The notes under the pieces: model-generated
Seen by the model: the letters and a program-made list of their open reading frames with translations, nothing else
Told to the model about the DNA's origin: nothing
Database searches by the model: none
Position numbers and translations under genes: made by a program
In this document: piece by piece, positions 9,509-19,285 of the stretch
Layout: each line of letters opens with the position of its first letter
How positions within the stretch are numbered: position 1 is the stretch's first letter
Assembly: GCA_030526425.1 (NCBI GenBank)
Contig: JAUNCT010000005.1
Span: 5,930-69,929, forward strand
Length of the DNA: 64,000 bases
Direction: 5' to 3'
From: Clostridia bacterium
Lineage (GTDB): Bacteria > Bacillota > Clostridia > Christensenellales > CAG-138

Positions 9509-10711
9509 ATGGAAAAGAAATCCAACGTCAAGCAGTTTACCGACCGTCTTGAGAAGCTCGACTTCTCGAAGATGTATGAAGGCGACTTTTTCCTGACTTG
9601 GGAAAAATCGCAGGATGAGATCGCAGCGGTGTTCGAAGTCGCAGACGCGCTCCGTCACCTCCGCGAGAACAACATCTCCACCAAGATCTTCGACAGCGGT
9701 CTCGGCATCTCCCTGTTCCGCGACAACTCCACCCGTACGCGTTTCAGCTTCGCGTCCGCTTGCAACCTGCTCGGTCTCGAAGTTCAGGACCTCGATGAGG
9801 GCAAGAGCCAGATCGCGCACGGCGAGACCGTCCGCGAGACCGCGAACATGATCTCCTTCATGGCAGACGTCATCGGTATCCGCGACGATATGTACATCGG
9901 CAAGGGCAACACCTACATGCACTCCGTCGTCGACGCCGTCACCGAAGGCAACAAAGCCGGCGTTCTCGAGCAGAAGCCCACGCTGGTCAACCTCCAGTGC
10001 GATATCGACCACCCCACTCAGTGCATGGCGGATATGCTCCACATCATCCACGAGTTCGGCGGCGTAGAGAACCTGAAGGGCAAGAAGATCGCCATGACCT
10101 GGGCATACAGCCCCTCCTACGGTAAGCCCCTCTCCGTCCCGCAGGGCGTCATCGGTCTGATGACCCGCTTCGGTATGGATGTCAGCCTGGCATATCCCGA
10201 GGGATACGAAGTCATGGAAGACGTCGTCAAGGTCGCGGAAAAGAACGCAGCCGAGAACGGCGGTTCCTTCACCGTCACCAACGACATGGCGGAAGCGTTC
10301 AAGGATGCGGATATCGTTTATCCGAAGTCTTGGGCTCCCTTCAAGGCGATGGAAGAGCGCACCGAGCTTTACGGCAAGGGCGACTTCGACGGCATCAAGG
10401 CTCTCGAAAAGCGTCTGCTCGCGCAGAACGCGGAGCATAAGAATTGGACCTGCTCCGAAGAGCTCATGAAGACCACCAAGGACGGCAAGGCGCTCTACCT
10501 GCACTGCCTGCCCGCGGACATCACCGGCGTTTCCTGCGAAGCAGGCGAAGTCGATGCGACCGTCTTCGATCGTTACCGCGATCCGCTCTACAAGGAAGCT
10601 TCCTTCAAGCCCTACATCATCGCCGCGATGATCTTCCTCGCGAAGGTCAAGGATCCGGTCAAGAAGCTGCAGGAGCTCGAGGAGACCGCGAAGGTCCGCC
10701 AGAACGGCTGA
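9509..10711 (+). CDS. ygeW: Knotted carbamoyltransferase YgeW
   Basis: FRDNSTRTRFS, HPTQ, WAYSPSYGKPLSVPQG, HCLPAD motifs; adjacent to ygeY. Confidence 0.92.
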   Translation: MEKKSNVKQFTDRLEKLDFSKMYEGDFFLTWEKSQDEIAAVFEVADALRHLRENNISTKIFDSGLGISLFRDNSTRTRFSFASACNLLGLEVQDLDEGKSQIAHGETVRETANMISFMADVIGIRDDMYIGKGNTYMHSVVDAVTEGNKAGVLEQKPTLVNLQCDIDHPTQCMADMLHIIHEFGGVENLKGKKIAMTWAYSPSYGKPLSVPQGVIGLMTRFGMDVSLAYPEGYEVMEDVVKVAEKNAAENGGSFTVTNDMAEAFKDADIVYPKSWAPFKAMEERTELYGKGDFDGIKALEKRLLAQNAEHKNWTCSEELMKTTKDGKALYLHCLPADITGVSCEAGEVDATVFDRYRDPLYKEASFKPYIIAAMIFLAKVKDPVKKLQELEETAKVRQNG

Positions 10712-10846
10712 ACCACGCACAAATAAGCACTGCCGCCCCGCACGCCGCAAGGTGTGCGGGGCTTTTTCTTTCGGGCAAAAGAAATCCCCCGGTCTTCGGA
10801 AAGACCGGGGGTCTGTGGATCACGGGATTTGAACGAACGGCATCGG

Positions 10847-12190
10847 TCAGTCGATGATGCCGAGCCCGAAGAATTCGCGCATTTTGAAGAAATTCGGGTG
10901 CTTCCGCCAACCGTTGCCCGTCGGGCTCCAGGCGAGGAAGTCGAAGGTGCAGTTCGGCAGCTTTTCTTGGATCTCCTGCTTCTGTTCCTCGGGGAACTTG
11001 CAGCGCGAAGCCCAGACCCTCTGCAGGTTTTTCAGCCCGTACAGGGGCGAAAGATCCGCGATATCGGTGTTCGCGATGTTCACGTCGACGAGCTTCGTGC
11101 AGTTGGCGAGCGGCGTGATATCGGTGATGTCGTTTGCGAAGATCTCGAGGTATTCGAGATCCTTCAGCTCGCCGATGGGGGTGATGTCCTTGATCCCGCA
11201 ACCGACGAGGATCAGGTATTTCAGCTTCGGAAGGTAATGCAGGAAATCGAGCTCGCGGACTTCGTTGTGCCCGAGATCCAACCCTTCCAGTTCGGTGCAG
11301 TAGATCAGCGGCTGCACATCGCGGGACCAGAGCTGCTTTTTGGGGTTCGACGCCAAGGCGGTCGAAAAGGATTTTGCATCGGTGCGGATCCACCAGGTCT
11401 TCGCGCCGCGCAGCTTGACCATCCATACGATCTTGATGTCCGGGAACGCTTTGTTCAGCGCGTCCATTTCCTCGTCCTTCGGACCGCATTTCGACATATC
11501 GACGAATTTGAGACCGGTGAACAGACCGAGCTTTGCGTACAGTTCCTCCATCTGCGGTTTCTTGATGGCGGTGCCCGTGAGATCGATGGACTCGGTATCG
11601 CTTTCGTATTCCTTGCCGAGCATGGTCACGGTGTAACGGAAACGAACGGAGGGATAGGCGGCGCGCAGCTGCATCAACTCTTCATCGGAATACGGATGCC
11701 CGTGCAGATCGAGGGATTCCGGTTGGGAAAACACCGAAAGTCCGTCGATCAGGTCGCCGATCGCGGGGAAGGCTGCCCCGATCTCCGGTTCACGCGTGTC
11801 GACCGGGCAGGTCTTTCCGAGAAAGACCACCGGATAGTGCAGTGCAAGCGCGGGGTGCCGGGTGCGGATGCGTGCGGCGGTGTCCTTCGGGAGGGAGGCA
11901 TCGGTGAACGTCAGCGTTTTGAGACCCGGAAACAGCGGGAGCGCGGATTCGATTTCCGAAAGCTCGCTCTCCGATACTGGGCCGGTCACGGTGATGCTTT
12001 CCGCATCGGGGGCGTATGCCGTGCCGAAGTACGGCGCCGAAAACACGGGCGTCGGCTCCGGGGTCGGTACCGCGGTCGCGGTGGGGGCGGGCGTTTCCGT
12101 CGCGGCAGGCTGCGCGGGCGCGGAGGAGCAACCTATCAGCAGGCTTGCGGCGACCAACGCGGTCAATAGGATCGGTTTGTTGTTATGCAT
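10847..12190 (-). CDS. Leucine-rich repeat lipoprotein
   Basis: Lipobox LLIGC, Pro/Thr linker, LRRs (LEGLDLGHNEVRELDFLHYLPKL). Confidence 0.85.
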   Translation of the reverse strand: MHNNKPILLTALVAASLLIGCSSAPAQPAATETPAPTATAVPTPEPTPVFSAPYFGTAYAPDAESITVTGPVSESELSEIESALPLFPGLKTLTFTDASLPKDTAARIRTRHPALALHYPVVFLGKTCPVDTREPEIGAAFPAIGDLIDGLSVFSQPESLDLHGHPYSDEELMQLRAAYPSVRFRYTVTMLGKEYESDTESIDLTGTAIKKPQMEELYAKLGLFTGLKFVDMSKCGPKDEEMDALNKAFPDIKIVWMVKLRGAKTWWIRTDAKSFSTALASNPKKQLWSRDVQPLIYCTELEGLDLGHNEVRELDFLHYLPKLKYLILVGCGIKDITPIGELKDLEYLEIFANDITDITPLANCTKLVDVNIANTDIADLSPLYGLKNLQRVWASRCKFPEEQKQEIQEKLPNCTFDFLAWSPTGNGWRKHPNFFKMREFFGLGIID

Positions 12191-13496
12191 TTGCGGTCGG
12201 TTCCTCCGGCTGCGGAAGCGTCCAGTCGCACACCTTCAGCTTTTTGAGAAGGATACGCGTGACGCTCTCGTTGATGCGTTCTTCGGACAGCGTGCCGTTC
12301 TTTGCGGCGGCGGTGAGTCCGTTCATGATTTTTTGCTGCAGGTCGTTCCGCGGACCGCAAAGAATGAGATCGCCGCCCGCATTGATGAACTTGACGGCTG
12401 CTTCGCCGACATCGTAACGGCTCGTAACGCCCGCCATGCGGAAATCGTCGCTCATGACGATCCCGTCGAAGCCCATTTCGTTGCGGAGAAGGTCCGTGAT
12501 GATGGGCTTGGACATGGAAGCGATGTCGTTTTCGTCGAGTCCGCTGAAGAGGATGTGCCCGATGAGTACGGTGTCGACGCCTGCGTCGATGCCCGCTTGG
12601 AACGGGATGAGCTCATAGTTTTCGAGCTCGGCACGGGTCTTCGTGACGGTCGGCGTGATGTTGTGCGAATCCTGCTGACCGGTGGCGCCGTGCCCCGGGA
12701 AATGCTTTGCCGTGGAAAGACACGCGGCTTCGGAAAGTCCGCGGATCACAGCGGAACCGATGTTCCCCGCGATCGTCGCGTCCGATGAGATGATGCGCGT
12801 GCCGAGAAACGTGGAATTCGGCTTTTTCGCCACATCCAACACGGGCGCGAGGTTCATGTTGATGCCGACCTCTTTGAGTTTTTTACCGACCTTGAAAAAG
12901 GACTGCTGCGCTTTTTCCGTGTCGTTCTTTTTGCCGAGCGAACTTGCGGAAGGCGGGGTCTCCTCCCATTTGAAGCGCTGTACATGACCGCCCTCGATAT
13001 CGATGCTCACGAGCATGGGGATCTCGGTCGCATTGTTCGTGCGCAGCCGGTTGATGAGCTTGCGGGTCTGGTTGAAGCCGCCGTCGGAGGCGTCGCGGTC
13101 GACGTTGATCCCGTAGAGGCAGGCGTTGCCGATGCGCCAACGGTTCATCGTGCGCTGGAATTCGTTGGAGGGTTCACTGTAGCCGGTGAAGCCGAACATG
13201 ACGAGCTGACCCAGACGGATGTTGAGCGGCAGCGTTTCCACATAGGCTTTGACGGCAAGTTCTTCTTCGGTCACGACATGCGGCGTGCGTGTGGGCACGG
13301 GCGTTGCCGTCGGTTCCGGGGTTTCGGTCGGTTCCGGTGTCGGCACAGGTGTTTCGGTCGGGGCTGCCGTTTGGGCGGGCGGTGCGGATACCGGCGCGGG
13401 CGGAAAGATCATGCGGTACCCCGCAACGCATCCGTATACCGCCGCTGCGATCACCAAGAGCGTGAGCAGCATCCACTTGAACGATTTTGCGAACAA
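12183..13496 (-). CDS. nagZ: Membrane-anchored GH3 beta-N-acetylhexosaminidase (NagZ-like)
   Basis: KHFPGHGATGQQDSH NagZ signature, SIDIEGG, MSDDF nucleophile; N-terminal TM helix + PT linker; TTG start after GGGAGG (start inferred). Confidence 0.85.
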   Translation of the reverse strand: MFAKSFKWMLLTLLVIAAAVYGCVAGYRMIFPPAPVSAPPAQTAAPTETPVPTPEPTETPEPTATPVPTRTPHVVTEEELAVKAYVETLPLNIRLGQLVMFGFTGYSEPSNEFQRTMNRWRIGNACLYGINVDRDASDGGFNQTRKLINRLRTNNATEIPMLVSIDIEGGHVQRFKWEETPPSASSLGKKNDTEKAQQSFFKVGKKLKEVGINMNLAPVLDVAKKPNSTFLGTRIISSDATIAGNIGSAVIRGLSEAACLSTAKHFPGHGATGQQDSHNITPTVTKTRAELENYELIPFQAGIDAGVDTVLIGHILFSGLDENDIASMSKPIITDLLRNEMGFDGIVMSDDFRMAGVTSRYDVGEAAVKFINAGGDLILCGPRNDLQQKIMNGLTAAAKNGTLSEERINESVTRILLKKLKVCDWTLPQPEEPTANA

Positions 13497-13586
13497 ACGG
13501 GCGTACCTCCCATGGGATAATTTGTTATTATTATAAAGGGACGGGGCTTTTTTTTCAACCGCACGCACCGGAAGCGAAAAAAAGAC

Positions 13587-13615
13587 TTGAAATCCCGTGG
13601 GACGCAAGGTATAAT
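13587..13615 (+). promoter_or_regulatory. Sigma-A promoter of tRNA-Val
   Basis: TTGAAA-17nt-TATAAT just upstream of the tRNA. Confidence 0.75.
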
Positions 13616-13629
13616 AATAAAAGCTGTTC

Positions 13630-13706
13630 GGGGATGTAGCTCAGCTGGTTAGAGCGCTGTGTTCACATCGCAGAGGTCTAGGGTTCGAGCCCCTACATCC
13701 CCACCA
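13630..13706 (+). tRNA. tRNA-Val (CAC)
   Basis: Acceptor GGGGATG/CATCCCC-A-CCA, anticodon arm CTGTG-TTCACAT-CGCAG, GGTTCGA T-loop. Confidence 0.97.
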
Positions 13707-13877
13707 CAGTCAGCCCCCGGTCGATGACGTAGCTCCGACCGGGGGTTATTGTTTTTTCGGGGTTTCAACGGACAGCAAAAAATGGTAGGATAAACCGACA
13801 GCGGGCGGAAAGTGCCGCAGGACGGTTTGGAATGGCTGTTTGTGCAACGGGCAAACAGACCGGAACGGAGGAATGGT

Positions 13878-14444
13878 ATGACACGGATGTGGCTTTGTAT
13901 TTTGGCGGTGAACGTCGTGGCGTTCTGCGTTTGCCGCTTTCTGCTGCACGACGGTGCGGTCGCGCAGACGCTGATGCGCTTTTTCGCGTTGGTCGGCGGC
14001 GCGCCGGGCGTTTTGCTTGCGGTGTGGAAGCAGGAACGCAGCAACATCAAAGAGATCGCCATGACGCGCGTGTTCGTGATCTGCGTCGGGCTGATCGAAC
14101 TGATCGCGATGCTTTTCTGGTTCGGGCTGAAGGACAAACAGCTGACATTCGACATGATCGGCTTTTTCATCCGTTACCCGCTGATCCCCCTGTGGATCCT
14201 CGTGGCGAACATCGCGACGTTCGTTCTCTATTGGGACGATAAGCGGCGCGCCGGGAAAAACGGCGAGCGCCACTCCATCGTCAAGCTGCTTGGGTTCGCC
14301 GCCGCGGGCGGAAGCATCGGTGCCCTTGCGGGGATGTATGTTTTCCGCCACAAAACCCAAAAGGATTATTTCACGGTCGGCGTGCCGATGATCCTGCTGA
14401 CACAGGCGCTGTTCCTGTTCTGGCTGATGAACATCATGGCGTAA
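13878..14444 (+). CDS. DUF1294 family membrane protein
   Basis: DKRRA...GGSIGALAGMYVFRHKT motif; RBS GGAGG. Confidence 0.85.
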   Translation: MTRMWLCILAVNVVAFCVCRFLLHDGAVAQTLMRFFALVGGAPGVLLAVWKQERSNIKEIAMTRVFVICVGLIELIAMLFWFGLKDKQLTFDMIGFFIRYPLIPLWILVANIATFVLYWDDKRRAGKNGERHSIVKLLGFAAAGGSIGALAGMYVFRHKTQKDYFTVGVPMILLTQALFLFWLMNIMA

Positions 14445-14520
14445 GGACCGCGAAGACGCATCATTGAAACACAAAGAGAAAACCCGCCCGGGATAAGGGC
14501 GGGTTTTCTGTTCTCCGAAA

Positions 14521-14787
14521 TCATTCGGCGTTCTTCGGGGAACGGCGCTCGCGCAGCTTCAGCTTTGCGCGTTTTTCTTCGAGACGCGCCTGCCGGGCGG
14601 ATTCGCGGATGTTGGCGATGATGAGCAGCACCGATGTGACGATGCTCGTCAGCGCGAGCCCGGCGATCACCCATTTCGAGAGCTCGCTCGTCATGAATGC
14701 CATGACATCGTTCACCCGGTCGATGCAGAAGAAAGTGAGAACCATGACGCCGAGCGTCAGGGAAAGGTGCGGAAAAATTTTTTTCAT
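14521..14787 (-). CDS. Small two-TM membrane protein
   Basis: RBS GAGGAGG; two hydrophobic helices; last gene of the GT2/NAGPA operon. Confidence 0.7.
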   Translation of the reverse strand: MKKIFPHLSLTLGVMVLTFFCIDRVNDVMAFMTSELSKWVIAGLALTSIVTSVLLIIANIRESARQARLEEKRAKLKLRERRSPKNAE

Positions 14788-14799
14788 GGCGGTTCCTCC

Positions 14800-15867
14800 T
14801 CAGTCCGGTTCGACGATGTACAGGATATCGGAAACGGGCCGGCCTCCGCCGAGCACGCGGGAGAGCGTTTTGCCGTTATAGGTGATGACACTCGTTTTTC
14901 CGCCGTCGAGGTTATAGGCGCTCGTGCAGCCGAGCTGCTCGAAGAAGCGGGCAAGCTGCGCAAGGGTGAGACCTTCGGAGTCCTTCTGGCGCCCTTCGAC
15001 CATGACGAAGACGTAATGACCGGGCTCGAAGTAGCCGACGGCACTGCGGGGATTCTCATCGCCGACGGAACTGTTCGGGAATTTGTCCTTGGCTTTACCG
15101 TTCTCGTCAAGCAGGATCGGTCCGAAATACCACACATGGAGCGGTCCGTTCGATTCGATTTCGGCAACGTTGATGGCGTTGTTCGCATAGCAGCGGAACG
15201 TGCCGTCGCTGTAGAGTACGGCGCAGTCCTGGCGGTTGTTCGGGTTGTCCGCGTAGATCTCGCCGTTGCGGATGGCGAAGGTGCCGTTTTGACGGTGCTG
15301 ATAGAAGTGATCGCCGGACAGCGCGACGATCGCGCCGGCGGCGTTTGCCATGTCGAGCGTGGGCATATACCTTTTGCCGAACTGATCGTAGACCGCGGTC
15401 TTGAAGGAGGAGATGTCCTTCAGGTAGATATCCGCGACGATGCAGTTGCTGCCCTCGAAGCTTTGGTTCGAAAGTTCGATGCAAACGTTCTTGCTGCGGT
15501 AACCGTTTTCGTCTTGGATGACTTCGCCGTCGGTGAACTTTTCGGCGTATTTGCCGTTCAGAATACCCGTATCGGCGGGCGTGGGCGCCGGTTCGGCGGT
15601 GGGGGTGGGAGCAATCTCCGCATCTGCCGGTGCGGCAAGCGGTGCGACCGCTGCGGGTGCCTGCGTCGGCGCGGGCGTCGGTTCGGGCGTGGGCGTTGCG
15701 GGGACTGCGGTCGGCGCGACCACGACGCGGCGCTTTTCGGGCATCGGCTCGATGCGCACGTGGTGGAAGTAGGCGAAGGTCAAAAGACCCGCCGCGAGCA
15801 ATACCACCTGTGCCGCAACATTGACGACGACCGTTTTCTTCATGGAAAACTTGTGCTTTTTCGACAT
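14800..15867 (-). CDS. Membrane-anchored phosphodiester glycosidase (NAGPA) family protein
   Basis: N-terminal TM + PT linker; NPRSAVG...VEGRQ...AYNLDGGKTS. Confidence 0.88.
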   Translation of the reverse strand: MSKKHKFSMKKTVVVNVAAQVVLLAAGLLTFAYFHHVRIEPMPEKRRVVVAPTAVPATPTPEPTPAPTQAPAAVAPLAAPADAEIAPTPTAEPAPTPADTGILNGKYAEKFTDGEVIQDENGYRSKNVCIELSNQSFEGSNCIVADIYLKDISSFKTAVYDQFGKRYMPTLDMANAAGAIVALSGDHFYQHRQNGTFAIRNGEIYADNPNNRQDCAVLYSDGTFRCYANNAINVAEIESNGPLHVWYFGPILLDENGKAKDKFPNSSVGDENPRSAVGYFEPGHYVFVMVEGRQKDSEGLTLAQLARFFEQLGCTSAYNLDGGKTSVITYNGKTLSRVLGGGRPVSDILYIVEPD

Positions 15868-16881
15868 TTATTTATCCTCTTTGAAGACCCAAACGCGCTG
15901 TACCCAGAAGTTGACGGGATACAGGGAAAGGTCTGCGATCAGCTTCGCGATGGCTTCGGGCAGCGGGATCACCACGCTGAACAGCAGGATGAGACCGTAG
16001 TTCGCGAAGAGGGAAGCAAGCGCCAGAACATAGTAGCGCCAGAACCCGTGCTTCGTTTTCGCTTCGAATACCAGCGAGCGGTTCATGCGGTAGTTTACAT
16101 ACGAGCTGATGACGCGGACGATGACGACCGCCAGCAGCAGGTTCTGCGCCGGGAAGAAAAAGCGCAGCAGCAGGAACAGAATGTATTCGATCAGGAAGCT
16201 CACCAAAGAGCTCGCCGCGAACATCAGGATCATTTTGTAGATGCGCCAAGCGTCGCGCAGCTTGAAGTGTGAGCTCGCATTGTCCTCGATGTAGACCGTG
16301 TCGATCCAAACCTCGCGGATGGGGAGATCGCGGCGCGTGGCGTACAGAAGGACGTTGATCTCGTACTCGTAACGGTCGCCCTTCATTTCGAGCATCAGCG
16401 GGATGCGGTCGACGGAAAACGCGCGGAGACCGGTTTGCGTGTCGTAGACCTTGGTGCCCGTCGAGAGGTGGAAGACCGCACGGGTGACGGAATTGCCGAA
16501 GAGGGAACGGAAGGGGACCTTACCGGTGAAGCGGCGGGAACCGAGAACGAGCGAATCGCGGTGCTGTGCCCAATCCTCCGAAACGCGGATGATGTCCTTG
16601 ACGAGGTGCTGTCCGTCGGCATCGACGGTGACGACGCCCTCATCCTGCGGGAAATTCTCTTGGATATAGCGGAACGCCGTCTTCATCGCGGCGCCTTTCC
16701 CGCGGTTGACCTCATGCGTGAGCACGGTGCACAGCGGGGCGATCGCATCGAAAACGGGTTTCGTTTCCGCACGGCTGCCGTCGTTGACGACGACGATGGG
16801 GTATGCGGTCTTTTCTTTCAGTTCGTTTACCAGCTTGACGAGTTTTTCATCCGGCTGATACGCGGGGATCACAACGATCAT
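15868..16881 (-). CDS. Bifunctional GT2 glycosyltransferase / GtrA flippase-like protein
   Basis: MIVVIPAYQP, VVNDGS, NRGKGAA, DADGQH, DTQTGLR; C-terminal 4-TM GtrA region. True start is 16881, inside the longer ORF-track frame. Confidence 0.9.
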   Translation of the reverse strand: MIVVIPAYQPDEKLVKLVNELKEKTAYPIVVVNDGSRAETKPVFDAIAPLCTVLTHEVNRGKGAAMKTAFRYIQENFPQDEGVVTVDADGQHLVKDIIRVSEDWAQHRDSLVLGSRRFTGKVPFRSLFGNSVTRAVFHLSTGTKVYDTQTGLRAFSVDRIPLMLEMKGDRYEYEINVLLYATRRDLPIREVWIDTVYIEDNASSHFKLRDAWRIYKMILMFAASSLVSFLIEYILFLLLRFFFPAQNLLLAVVIVRVISSYVNYRMNRSLVFEAKTKHGFWRYYVLALASLFANYGLILLFSVVIPLPEAIAKLIADLSLYPVNFWVQRVWVFKEDK

Positions 16882-17103
16882 GCGGCAGGATTCCTCCCGA
16901 TATATTTGAAAATTCTGCGGTTTGCACAAAAATCCATACTGTATTATATGAGAAAAGCCCGGGGATGTACAGAAGTATATTATCCGTTCTTTGGGAACGG
17001 ATTGTGAACTTTCGGAGCCGACGGTGCCGATGCTTCCTATAGGGATATATAATAGGCAACGAGACAAGACGAAGGAGGCGGGAGCGCCTCCCGCGGAGGA
17101 ACC

Positions 17104-19242
17104 ATGGAAAAACCGAAGAAACAACGGAAGGAGCAAACGCTCTGCCGTTTGGACGATGAGATATTCGAGGAGATCATGCCCGAAAAGGATCTCGGAAAGC
17201 CGGAAGATCACCGGATCTACGAGGACTTCGGGGGAGGAAAAAAGCGCGGCGGCAACCCCTTGGAACGGGTGGCGCTGATCGTCAGTATCCTGCTTGCGGT
17301 GCTGATCCTTGCGATCGGCGCGGTCTATCTGGTCTACAACACCGGAAAAACGCCGGAAGCGCATTTCGCGACCCCTGTCCCGACGGCGGTGCCCGCGGTG
17401 ACACCGGAACCCCTGCCGGAGATATCGGCGGCTCCGGTAACCGACGAGACGGTGCCGGAACCCGCGGAGGAGCCCGTGGAAGAGACCGATGAGGCGGATG
17501 AGTATACGGAGCTGCGCGAGCAGGCGGATCTTTCCATGCTCGATGAAGGGATCGTGAACATCCTGCTCATGGGCGTGGATTATGCGGAAGAACGCGAACA
17601 CTGGAGCGGTAAGGACGGACTGAAAGCCGCCCATTCCGACGTGATGATCGTGCTGGCGGTCAATTTCAAGGAAAACCGCGCGGATCTCATCTCGCTCCCG
17701 CGGGATACCTATGTCAACTACATCCCCGGGGTGCGCGGCACCTACAAGCTGAACGCGGCGATCAACTGCGGCGGGGGACTCACCGCCGCGAATGGCGCGG
17801 GCTTCGAAAAGGTCTGCAAAACGGCAGAGGTCCTGCTCGGCGGGATCCCGGTCAACTACTACTATGCGGTCACGATGCCCGCGGTCAAACAGCTGGTCGA
17901 CCTCATCGGCGGTGTGGACTACGACCTTGAGGTCTCCTTCAAGATACAGGGACGCAGCTACCGCGAGGGATATCAGCATATGGACGGTCAGGCGGTGCTC
18001 GACTATTTGCGCGTGCGCAAAAGCGGAACGGGACTTTTGAAGTCCGAACAGGGCGACGCGAACCGCGTCAACCGCCAGAAGAAGATGCTTGTGGCGATCT
18101 TCGACAAGATCAAGCGGGCGGGTCTGCTCGAGTCGGTCCCGACGCTGCTGAAGACCTTCTCCGGACAGCTGTATACGAACTGCGACGTGGAGCAGACGGC
18201 GGCGCTGGCGCTTGCCGCACTCAACATGCCGAAGGAGAACATCGGCATGTACTCGATGAGCGGTTCGTCGAAAAACATTTGGACGTGGAATTTCACGTTC
18301 ACCAACATGGCGAACCGCCGCTCGATCATCAAAAAGATCTACGGTGTGGACGTGCCGGATATCCGCGACTGCACGAAGGAATACGCCGCAACGCAATACT
18401 ATATCGCACTGGCGGAGCAATACCTCGATACTTGCGGACCGCTGACCCGTTATCTTGACGACGCGATCGAAGAGGACGACCGGCTGCCGCAGTTCACCGA
18501 GACGCCCGCGCCGACACCGACGCCGAAGCCGACGGAAAGCCCTGTGACGCCGACACCCGTGCCGGATTCGACGGATGCTCCCGCGGAACCGACACAGATA
18601 CCCGTGGAAACGCCGGAACCGGAACCCACAGGCAAGCCCGCGGAAGAAACCCCCGGACCGACGGCGGAACCCACCGCGGAACCGACGAAGGCACCGACTG
18701 CGGAACCGACCGATGCGCCTACCGATGCTCCCACGCCGGAGCCGACGGAAGCGCCGACGCCGAAGCCGACCGATGCTCCCACGCCGGAGCCGACAGCGGC
18801 ACCGGCGCCGAAACCGACGGAAGCGCCCGAGCCGGAGCCGGAGGAACCGGCGAACCGGGAGGAGACGAAGGACGGTGTGGCGGAAACCGTTGCGGAGGCG
18901 GCATACGGGCTGCGGGAACTGCGGTTCGCACCCGCGCATCCGTTCGCGCGCTTTGCCGCGACCCGTCAATACGGCGCGGATGCCCGCGCACTGTATGAAA
19001 AATACAAGGCGGCATACGATGCGCTCGAAACCGCGCTGTCCCGTGCAAAGCGGCAGAGCAGCAACTTCAAAGCGCACAAAACGAATTCCATGGCGGGTAT
19101 CGACGCCGACCTTGCGGATGCCTGCGACGAGCTGAAGACCGCGGCGGAAAAGGCCGCTGCGGCCTTCGGTTACGGCAAAAAACTGAATTGGAACCTGACG
19201 CCGCTTGCGGACAGAAATTCCATTTGGGTCGATTTCCGATGA
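17104..19242 (+). CDS. LCP (LytR-CpsA-Psr) glycopolymer ligase with long Pro/Thr/Glu linker
   Basis: TM anchor; NILLMGVD, HSDVMI, SLPRDTYV, KLNAA, LDYLRVR, D..RVNRQ motifs. Confidence 0.9.
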   Translation: MEKPKKQRKEQTLCRLDDEIFEEIMPEKDLGKPEDHRIYEDFGGGKKRGGNPLERVALIVSILLAVLILAIGAVYLVYNTGKTPEAHFATPVPTAVPAVTPEPLPEISAAPVTDETVPEPAEEPVEETDEADEYTELREQADLSMLDEGIVNILLMGVDYAEEREHWSGKDGLKAAHSDVMIVLAVNFKENRADLISLPRDTYVNYIPGVRGTYKLNAAINCGGGLTAANGAGFEKVCKTAEVLLGGIPVNYYYAVTMPAVKQLVDLIGGVDYDLEVSFKIQGRSYREGYQHMDGQAVLDYLRVRKSGTGLLKSEQGDANRVNRQKKMLVAIFDKIKRAGLLESVPTLLKTFSGQLYTNCDVEQTAALALAALNMPKENIGMYSMSGSSKNIWTWNFTFTNMANRRSIIKKIYGVDVPDIRDCTKEYAATQYYIALAEQYLDTCGPLTRYLDDAIEEDDRLPQFTETPAPTPTPKPTESPVTPTPVPDSTDAPAEPTQIPVETPEPEPTGKPAEETPGPTAEPTAEPTKAPTAEPTDAPTDAPTPEPTEAPTPKPTDAPTPEPTAAPAPKPTEAPEPEPEEPANREETKDGVAETVAEAAYGLRELRFAPAHPFARFAATRQYGADARALYEKYKAAYDALETALSRAKRQSSNFKAHKTNSMAGIDADLADACDELKTAAEKAAAAFGYGKKLNWNLTPLADRNSIWVDFR
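18495..18850 (+). repeat. Coding tandem repeats (PTxxPTPE linker) inside the LCP gene
   Basis: Recurrent CCGACCGATGCTCCCACGCCGGAGCCGAC-like units. Confidence 0.8.
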
Positions 19243-19285
19243 AACAACAAACAAAGCAGACGTATTTCGGTACGTCTGCTTTGTT

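Noticed and set aside
18495-18850. Tandem repeats as a possible CRISPR array
   Set aside because: In-frame coding Pro/Thr linker with no unique spacers, and no cas genes in the window.
16882-19254. N-terminal 790 aa of the 1128-aa minus-strand ORF
   Set aside because: Antisense to the LCP gene (Arg-rich mirror of the PT repeats). Only 15868-16881 encodes the GT2-GtrA protein.
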